A stretch of 64,000 nucleotides of DNA from Kiritimatiellia bacterium (GTDB lineage: Bacteria > Verrucomicrobiota > Kiritimatiellia > RFP12 > UBA1067): NCBI GenBank assembly GCA_050949565.1, contig JBMNFY010000017.1, positions 832,001 through 896,000 of the forward strand, read 5' to 3'. Below the pieces are notes generated by a model that did not search any database, had not been told where the DNA came from, and worked only from the letters and a program-made list of their open reading frames with translations. Position numbers and translations under genes: made by a program. How positions within the stretch are numbered: position 1 is the first letter of the stretch; each line of letters begins with the position of its first letter. Below are positions 51,934-59,290 of the stretch, in pieces.

Positions 51934-52602
51934 TCAGGGCTTGCCGTACACTTCAATCTCAGTGTAGTGGTTCATCTCGTTCGAGGTGTTACCCTTGCTG
52001 TAGAAGCGGACGTAACGGCCCTTCACGCCGCTGATGGCGAAAGGACGGCCCTCGTTGGTCTCGATGTACTCTTTCTCTTTGCCCTCGCCCAACTTTGAGG
52101 AGTTGTCGTGGTCGTTGTTGAAGACCGTGACGACGCCGTCAATGAAGTCCGGATCATTGGAAATCTGGCAGATCACGTCACGATAGACGCGCGCTTCGCC
52201 GTGGTAGTGCCATACGCACGCGGCATAGATTTCCTTCTCCTTCTCCAGATCGACCTGCACCCACTGCGTGCCGGGGCCAAGCTCGACATACGTCGCGGCA
52301 TCGTGCTCTTTGTCGCCATCGGTGATGAACGACAACTCGCCGATGATCGGCTCCGGATCGCTCGACGTGACCTTGCAGTCCCGCGAGAGCACCTTGTCAG
52401 CACCTGCCGGAACACTGATCGGGGGCCGCGGCCTGCCGCCGCGAGCCGGCTCGAGGTTCGGCGAGCGGATGTCTTTGGGCGTACCCGTGAACTGCGGTTT
52501 CGGCAGTTCGATCTTCAACTGTACCCTAGCGCCGTCCTGCGCACCCGCCACCACGGCAAGGCCCATCACAACGGCTGCCACTATCATTCCAGTGTGTTTC
52601 AT
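51934..52602 (-). CDS. Secreted discoidin/F5-8 type C-like domain protein
   Basis: Signal peptide, 'ITDGDK', 'WVQVDLE', 'GRYVRFY', 'YTEIEVYG'. Confidence 0.8.
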   Translation of the reverse strand: MKHTGMIVAAVVMGLAVVAGAQDGARVQLKIELPKPQFTGTPKDIRSPNLEPARGGRPRPPISVPAGADKVLSRDCKVTSSDPEPIIGELSFITDGDKEHDAATYVELGPGTQWVQVDLEKEKEIYAACVWHYHGEARVYRDVICQISNDPDFIDGVVTVFNNDHDNSSKLGEGKEKEYIETNEGRPFAISGVKGRYVRFYSKGNTSNEMNHYTEIEVYGKP

Positions 52603-52689
52603 ATGTCTTCCTCCTTCTCTCTTCTGTTCATACCCGTCCAACCTGTCGGACCTGATCCGACCCGTCAGACCCTAAAAGCGTTCACTTCA

Positions 52690-53643
52690 TTAAACGGCGG
52701 GAAAGGCACCATATTGCCTCACCGGACTTCTCACCCGATCCATCCACGCGGGCTGCGCCCGCGCCACCAAAGCACCGCATCCTTCCAACGCCGCGCACGC
52801 GGCGCAAATCTCTCTCCATCCCAGTCCGAGGTAGGCGGTCGAAAGCGCATCCGACACCGCCGCCGTCGGGGCGTACGACCATGCGGCAGGATGCCGCGAT
52901 GCCGCGACACCGCGACGCACGTCCACAACGTGCGCGCCTTTCACATCGAAGCCCGACCCGCTGATCGCACCACTGCTGAGCCGCACATGGTGCAGACCAG
53001 CGCGCTCGCGCCAATCGCCGCCCACGCTCACCGGCCAGCCCGGCTGACCATCGCCCATCGTCCCGCGCGCGATCACGGTACTGGTGCCGCTGTGCATCAG
53101 GAAGTCGGTAAAGTCCCAATCCTCCGTCAACATGCGGCATGCCACGTCCAGCGCGTAACCCTTACCGATGGCACCGAAATCCAGTTCCAGCGGCGAGGCG
53201 CGGCCCATGCGGTCAGGCTGCACCGCGATCAACAGGTTTTCGGTATCAATGACCAATCGGTTCATGCCGCACGCGGCCAAAGCGCTTTCGCGCTCTTGCG
53301 GCGTCAACGCACGCCAGCGGTGCTTGACCTCGCGCAGAGCGTCCATCACTGGACCGACCGTCACGTCAAACGCGCCTTGTGTGGCCGCGCAAACGCGCGT
53401 AGCGGTCAGCAGCAGATCCATTAACTCTGGCGCCACGCGAAAGGTCTCGCCCGGTTTCAGGCGGCTGATCAGCGCCACCTCGCTCACGTCGAGGAAGCGA
53501 CTGATCAGCTCCTCCAGACCGTCCACCTTTTTGAACACTGCATAAGCCGCGCTTTGGGCGAGCTGCCGATCTTCTGTCGCGATCAACAGCTCGAACACCG
53601 TCGACATGGCCTGATGTTCAAACCTGTGGACCTGAGATGTCAT
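52690..53643 (-). CDS. apbE: FAD:protein FMN transferase (ApbE family)
   Basis: 'TQGAFDVTVGP', 'LDFGAIGKGYALD', 'DALSTA'. Confidence 0.9.
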   Translation of the reverse strand: MTSQVHRFEHQAMSTVFELLIATEDRQLAQSAAYAVFKKVDGLEELISRFLDVSEVALISRLKPGETFRVAPELMDLLLTATRVCAATQGAFDVTVGPVMDALREVKHRWRALTPQERESALAACGMNRLVIDTENLLIAVQPDRMGRASPLELDFGAIGKGYALDVACRMLTEDWDFTDFLMHSGTSTVIARGTMGDGQPGWPVSVGGDWRERAGLHHVRLSSGAISGSGFDVKGAHVVDVRRGVAASRHPAAWSYAPTAAVSDALSTAYLGLGWREICAACAALEGCGALVARAQPAWMDRVRSPVRQYGAFPAV

Positions 53644-53658
53644 AGAACAAGTGCTGCG

Positions 53659-56388
53659 CTACTCCTTGCGCCCGCCGGTGAGCAGCATCCAGACCGCAGT
53701 GGCCAAGAACGCCATCGTCACGAAGCGGTGGCACCAGAGCATCAGCCACTGCCAGCCCTCGCCGAACCAGGTCATCATCGGCGCCACCGCAGTGAAGACC
53801 ACGCCGACACCCAGCAGCATGGCGATCATCCAGAGCGTGTTACGCTTGGGATTCGCAATGCGACGCCCGCCGCGCAGCCAGATCAGCACCAACAAGCAGG
53901 CCGCGAAGAGTCCACCGCCCACCATGTGGAAGACCAAGATGTAGCCGGTCATCAGATGGAAGCCCCAGCCCAGCAATCCGGAGAGACACAGGTAAACGCT
54001 GGCGAGTGCCAGAGTAATCGCCGTGCCGCGGTCGATCATCACCATCAGCCGTTCGGACGGCTTGCCGTACGGGATGCCGCCCTTGTCGAGCACCGCCGGC
54101 ACCGCCGCTGCCGCAAAGGCCACCGTGACCAACATCAAGATCACAAAGACCGTCCAGAGGAAGGCCTTGAAGAACGGACGCATCAGGAAGGTGGTGCCGA
54201 AGACCTTGTTGTAGCTGCCGCTGAGGCCCATGAAATCGTGCTGCATCTTGACCAGCTGACGTGCGGTCAGCAGAGGACCCGTCGACGTGACCTTGGCGAA
54301 GAAAAACGTGGAGCCCACCGTATGGCAGTCGTTGCATTTAGATGGCCGCGCACCGCGAGCCATACGTGCGGGGCGCACGTCATGCCCCACCGCCCAAGAG
54401 ACCGGTTCTGCGACTTTCGCGACCTTGGCGCTCAGGCTGCCATCGGACTTCAACTCCCAGACTTGGCCGTGCGCGACGTAAACCGCGCGGGCGTGCCCAG
54501 CCTCGGCGAGCCGCTTAAGCACGGCGGCAACCATCGTCTCGGTGATTGAGCACGTGCTGTCGCCCAACTCTTTGACATTCTTGGTGGCGTAGTCAGAAAC
54601 CAGCGCGGTAAAGGCACCGTCTTTGTACCAGCCGACGACTGCGGCATCGACCTTGGCCGGCGCGTTGGTGCTGATCATAGCATCGTCATCGCCCCCGCGG
54701 AAGAACAGCTTATCGCCATAGACCACCGCGCCGAAACCATTGGTCACAGCCATCGGCGCGGCGTCGAGCGTCTGTAAGAGATTCCCCAGCAGTTTCGCAC
54801 TGTTCTGGTGTGCACTGAACTGCTCATCACTCATCTTCTCGGTATCGGCGTTTGGATCAAAGGGCGGGATGACAGCGATCAAGTTCGTAGCGGTCTGATA
54901 GTAAAACCCGTCCGCCTGCGTCGTGTCGCCGGTCGGCTCGGCATAGCCGTCCAGATGTCTCTTAAAGAGCTTGCCGTCAATCGCCAGCACCGGGATTCCC
55001 GGAATACTGGGGTCGGTCGCTAGTGCTCCCAGAACCAACCCGACCTGCTCGCGCACATCCAGCAGGTCCGTGCAAGTCTCCGTCACGGTTTCGGGACGGA
55101 GTGGCGAGATCGATGCAGCGTCGTTTTCAGCGCGGACACCCCAGAAAGCCGGCCAGACCATACGGCGCGGCTCAATCTTGCCCGCCTCGTTGCGCACGAA
55201 GACCGGCTCCAGAATGAACGGCTGCGGCGTAGCCCAGCGGGCGCGCCCGTAGACGCCCATGCGGTTGGCGCGCGAGGTGCGCACTTCCGCCAGCGCCCCA
55301 TCTTCGGTCACGCCGGAGTGACAAGTCGTGCAACTCAGGTTCCTGAAGTGACTGACCGGAATGCCGACATGCTGCGGCGCGGGAGCGCCATGGCGGCCGG
55401 CGCGCGCAACATCCGAACCCACGTGGCAGCCCACGCAGCTCGCGCTGGCGCGGGTCTTATCCATCTTGCCGGTGGTGTCGCCTTCGTAGCCGCGTGCAAT
55501 GGCGTGGTTTTCGCCATTGCTGTGACAGTCGGCGCAACTCATACCAGCGCGCAGATGCACGTCGCCGTCGATGTCTTTGTGCGGCATGCCGACCTGCGAT
55601 GTCGAGTGGCAACTCAAGCAGTTTTCATTACGCGGCGTACCGACCTGCAACACGGTGCGGTTCTTGGCATCGAAATGCCGCATGTCATAGACCACGTGCG
55701 GCGGCACGGCAAAGACCGAGTCGTCCCGGTTCAGGCCGCGCAACACCCCCCAATAGTCAGCCACACGCGAGCCCATGCCGCGGATATCGCCCAGTCCGAG
55801 AGCACCGGTGGCGGCCCAGCGGAAGTTCTGGCGCAGGATCAGGCGCACCCACTCGCTGTGATCGTATTCCGCGCTCTGGCTGTGGCAGGCGAAGCAGTTG
55901 ATCTCGACCGGTCCCGACACGTCCCAGCGGGCGCGCGGCCCACCTTCAGCGTAAAGATCCTTGGGATCGGCACGATCACCACCCGGCATGTGACGCCCGA
56001 AGGCATAGACCCACTCCCAGTCGGTCATACCGAGTTGACCGGGCGTATGCGTGCCCTGCCAATCGCGCAGGCTCATCGGAATCTGCGACCCGCTGAGCGA
56101 ATCGACCAGAAACCACGGCTCACCGCGACGGCCATGCGCCGCGTTCGTGCAGGACATGTTGAAATGCCAGCCAGACGCGATGGTGTCGTAATCATGGCAC
56201 TGACCGCAGGTTTGACGCGTACTCAGCGGCAGGGCGTTAGGTGCGTTGGGCACGATTACATCGCCGAACTCGTCATTCAGGGTGAGACGGTGTACCGGCG
56301 TGTTACGCCCGCCGTCCCAATGCGACTCGACCTTCGCGAACGCCGGAACGACCGCGCAGGCCAGTGCTATAGAGAGAAGCTTTTTCAT
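53659..56388 (-). CDS. Heptaheme cytochrome c with C-terminal five-TM cytochrome-b-like domain
   Basis: Sec signal; seven CxxCH (CGQCH, CFACH, CLSCH, CADCH, CVGCH, CTTCH, CNDCH); intramembrane His in 'VFHMV' and 'WCHR'. Confidence 0.85.
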   Translation of the reverse strand: MKKLLSIALACAVVPAFAKVESHWDGGRNTPVHRLTLNDEFGDVIVPNAPNALPLSTRQTCGQCHDYDTIASGWHFNMSCTNAAHGRRGEPWFLVDSLSGSQIPMSLRDWQGTHTPGQLGMTDWEWVYAFGRHMPGGDRADPKDLYAEGGPRARWDVSGPVEINCFACHSQSAEYDHSEWVRLILRQNFRWAATGALGLGDIRGMGSRVADYWGVLRGLNRDDSVFAVPPHVVYDMRHFDAKNRTVLQVGTPRNENCLSCHSTSQVGMPHKDIDGDVHLRAGMSCADCHSNGENHAIARGYEGDTTGKMDKTRASASCVGCHVGSDVARAGRHGAPAPQHVGIPVSHFRNLSCTTCHSGVTEDGALAEVRTSRANRMGVYGRARWATPQPFILEPVFVRNEAGKIEPRRMVWPAFWGVRAENDAASISPLRPETVTETCTDLLDVREQVGLVLGALATDPSIPGIPVLAIDGKLFKRHLDGYAEPTGDTTQADGFYYQTATNLIAVIPPFDPNADTEKMSDEQFSAHQNSAKLLGNLLQTLDAAPMAVTNGFGAVVYGDKLFFRGGDDDAMISTNAPAKVDAAVVGWYKDGAFTALVSDYATKNVKELGDSTCSITETMVAAVLKRLAEAGHARAVYVAHGQVWELKSDGSLSAKVAKVAEPVSWAVGHDVRPARMARGARPSKCNDCHTVGSTFFFAKVTSTGPLLTARQLVKMQHDFMGLSGSYNKVFGTTFLMRPFFKAFLWTVFVILMLVTVAFAAAAVPAVLDKGGIPYGKPSERLMVMIDRGTAITLALASVYLCLSGLLGWGFHLMTGYILVFHMVGGGLFAACLLVLIWLRGGRRIANPKRNTLWMIAMLLGVGVVFTAVAPMMTWFGEGWQWLMLWCHRFVTMAFLATAVWMLLTGGRKE

Positions 56389-56451
56389 TCGATGACTTCC
56401 TATCCGTCCGACCTGTCAAACCGGTGGAGACCTGTCGGACCTGTCCGCTGC

Positions 56452-57804
56452 TTAAACTTTGAAATCTTCCGGCTTGAAGGTAATGGTCTTACCTTCAGCA
56501 ACCGAACGGTTGGCCGCCAACACCGCCACCGCCGACTCGTAGGCCAACTCGACCGGGCAGGTCAGCAGCTCAGGCTTGTTGCGGCGCACGGCAAGGAAGA
56601 AGTTTTCCAAGTGCGGCATGTGCGCCGGCTTGAGCAGGTCGACCGGCAACGGCCAGCCATCGGCCTCGGCGGTCACGCGCACGTCGAGCGCCGCGTTGGA
56701 GGTAACGGTCGCGGCGACCGGCTTCCTGACCGGCAGCACCAGCCCCTTCTTGGCGAACTGCTCCCAGTCCGGCACGCCATCGCGCACTTCACGCTGCACC
56801 GCGTTACCGCGGGCCGCGATCTCAGAGATGGTGAGCGAGCCATTCTCGCCCATGAACTGCTCGTAAAAGCCGCCGCGGCTGGAGGTCGTCAGCACCTGAT
56901 AGTAGGCGCGGTTGATCACGCCCTCCTTGGTCTTAAACTCGTAGATCGCCATCACGTTGTCGTTCATCTGGCGGTTGTAGTAGTCATTGCCGCCGATTGC
57001 GGTGACTGTGATCGGCACGCAGTCCCAGACCCAGAAGAAGAGGTCGATCTGGTGCGAGCCGAGGTCGACCATCGGACCGCCGCCGTATTTATCGAACCAG
57101 CGCCAGTTAAGGAACTGCTCCATGTTCTCGTAGCCGTACTTCTGGAGCGTTTCCGTCGGGATGTTAAGGCGGTCGCGCACCGTCAGGAAAGGCGCGACCG
57201 AACGGTTCCACTGGCCGTAGGCGTGGGTCACACGGCCCAGCATATTGGCCTCACGGATCACACGGTTGATGGCATGGATGTAGCGCGGGTTGGAGCGGCG
57301 CTGGTGACCGATCTGGAAGATCTTGCCGGTGCGGCGCTGGCCCAAGACCATCTCCTTGGCCTTCTCCAGACGGTTGGACATCTCCTTCTCGCAATAGACG
57401 TGCTTGCCCTTTTCCATGCAGTAGACGCTGTGTTCCGCGTGCATCCAGTCCGGGGTCGCAACGATCACGCAATCAATGTTTTTGTCCTCTTTATCGAGCA
57501 TCTCGCGATAATCTTCGTAGACGTTGACCTCGTGACCCAGCGCACGCATACGGCCACGCGCCATTTTGCGGCGGTAGTCCCAAATATCACAGACCGCCTT
57601 GAAGCGCACGCCGGGGATCTTCATCGCGGCGTCCGCCAAAATCTCACCCTCAGCGCCGTAGCCGATCACGGCCGCATTGACCTGATCATCATCGGGGCCA
57701 ATGGTTTTCGCCTCTTGGCTCAGGATGTTGAAGGTCGGCAACACGGCGGCGGCAGCGGCCGTCGACTTGAGAAATGTCCTCCGGTTGAATGTCATCGTAT
57801 CCAT
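56452..57804 (-). CDS. Tat-exported Gfo/Idh/MocA family oxidoreductase
   Basis: 'NRRTFLK', 'AVIGYGAEG', 'ATPDWMHA', 'HVYCEK', 'GGPMVDLGSHQID'. Confidence 0.92.
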   Translation of the reverse strand: MDTMTFNRRTFLKSTAAAAAVLPTFNILSQEAKTIGPDDDQVNAAVIGYGAEGEILADAAMKIPGVRFKAVCDIWDYRRKMARGRMRALGHEVNVYEDYREMLDKEDKNIDCVIVATPDWMHAEHSVYCMEKGKHVYCEKEMSNRLEKAKEMVLGQRRTGKIFQIGHQRRSNPRYIHAINRVIREANMLGRVTHAYGQWNRSVAPFLTVRDRLNIPTETLQKYGYENMEQFLNWRWFDKYGGGPMVDLGSHQIDLFFWVWDCVPITVTAIGGNDYYNRQMNDNVMAIYEFKTKEGVINRAYYQVLTTSSRGGFYEQFMGENGSLTISEIAARGNAVQREVRDGVPDWEQFAKKGLVLPVRKPVAATVTSNAALDVRVTAEADGWPLPVDLLKPAHMPHLENFFLAVRRNKPELLTCPVELAYESAVAVLAANRSVAEGKTITFKPEDFKV

Positions 57805-57956
57805 CGTCTTCTCCTTGTGATCGTTGAACGACTACGCCCGGGCATCCATGCCCCCCTAAAGCATTTATCTGCCGTCCTTCTCCGATTCGTGACCTAATTT
57901 AAGCAAAAAAAGGGCGGTTCGTCATGTCCACCATTCGGTTCTTTTTGCTGCCGCGC

Positions 57957-57986
57957 TTGACCTCGCACAGCCATTCCCTATAAAAT
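57957..57986 (+). promoter_or_regulatory. Sigma70-type promoter of the aldo/keto reductase gene
   Basis: TTGACC followed by TATAAAAT 16-18 nt downstream. Confidence 0.5.
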
Positions 57987-58015
57987 GCCGCCACGAACGA
58001 GGAGGATTTGCTGTT

Positions 58016-58906
58016 ATGAGAAACAACCGTTACACACGTCGCCGTTTTCTGGCCAGTTCCGCATCCATGTTGGCCGCATCGGCCCTGACCCCGGCTTGCG
58101 CCACACTAGGGAAGCGGCGCAGTGCCACTGACCGCGTTACGTTGGGCAAGACCGGCATCAAGATGAGCCGACTCGGCATCGGGCTCGGCAGCAATGGCGG
58201 CAACGTGCAGCGCAATCTCGGCCAGGAGGGGTTCAACCGCCTCGTGCGCGACGCCTACGAACGCGGCGTCCGCTATCTGGACTGCGCACAGTCATACCGG
58301 ACTTTCGAGTGGCTCGCCGGCGCGATCAAAGACCTGCCGCGCGACCAGCTCTTCATCATGTCTAAAATCGGTGGTAACCCTGAGAAACCGGATGAAGTGA
58401 TCGACCGCCACCTGAAGACTTTCCAGACCGACTATATCGACTGCGTGCTGCTGCACTGCGCCGTCACGCCGACCTGGCCGCAGGAACGCGCCCGGCTGAT
58501 GGAGGCGATCGACAAGGCACAGGCACAAGGTAAAATCCGCGCCAAGGGCATCTCCTGCCACTCGCTTCCGGCGTTGCGCGTCGCGGCGGCGTCGGACTGG
58601 GTGGAGGTCAATCTGGTGCGTGTCAACCCCCAGGCCGTGAATACGGACAGCGAAGTGATGAAGTGGAACGCGCCTGGCACGACGATCGAGCCGGTGGTGG
58701 AACAGATCAAAATCATGCACCAGAATGGCCACGGCGTCATCGGCATGAAACTGATCGGTGAAGGCGCCTTCACCGACCCCGAAGATCGCGAGAAGGCAAT
58801 ACGGTTTGCCATGTCGATGCCGGAGATTGATGCCGCCACAATCGGCTTCAAGAACGCAGCCGAAATCGACGAAGCCATCGAACGCATGAACCGCGCTCTG
58901 GCGTAA
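58016..58906 (+). CDS. Aldo/keto reductase with twin-arginine leader
   Basis: 'TRRRFL', 'LGKTGIKMSRLGIG', 'LDCAQSY', 'TDYIDCVLLH'. Confidence 0.9.
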   Translation: MRNNRYTRRRFLASSASMLAASALTPACATLGKRRSATDRVTLGKTGIKMSRLGIGLGSNGGNVQRNLGQEGFNRLVRDAYERGVRYLDCAQSYRTFEWLAGAIKDLPRDQLFIMSKIGGNPEKPDEVIDRHLKTFQTDYIDCVLLHCAVTPTWPQERARLMEAIDKAQAQGKIRAKGISCHSLPALRVAAASDWVEVNLVRVNPQAVNTDSEVMKWNAPGTTIEPVVEQIKIMHQNGHGVIGMKLIGEGAFTDPEDREKAIRFAMSMPEIDAATIGFKNAAEIDEAIERMNRALA

Positions 58907-58914
58907 GCCGGGAG

Positions 58915-59290
58915 AAGTTAATTAGTGCATTAGTTTGTTTGGCATGGCTCCGCTGTTTATTTAACGCAGAGGCGCAGAGGCGCAGAGTTTTTTTGAGAGT
59001 AAAAGCACTGCTCGGCTGTTTCACGCAAAGGCGCGAAGACGCGAAGGTTGGAGGACGAGCGTCTGCTCGTCCGCGGGCAAGCAGACGCTTGCCCCTCCCA
59101 GCGCTTCGCAAGCCTGATGACAAGGGTTGGAGGACGGCATCTGGGTGACGCGCAAAAATGGAAACCTTGGCCTTTGTGTGAGATTGAATTGGGTTGCGGA
59201 CTGCGCCCTCCGCGAGAAAACCTATTACCTCTCACTTATTACCTATTACTTCTCTCGGCTCCACTATTCGCTATTCGTTATTAGTTATTC
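58915..59290. repeat. Mosaic REP/microrepeat cluster between convergent genes
   Basis: 59050-59118 matches 2841-2907; GCAGAG octamers; CCTATTA and CTATTCG heptamers. Confidence 0.85.

Noticed and set aside
55318-57897. 859-aa plus-strand ORF
   Set aside because: Antisense shadow of the cytochrome and oxidoreductase genes, caused by GC-rich codon bias; no motifs
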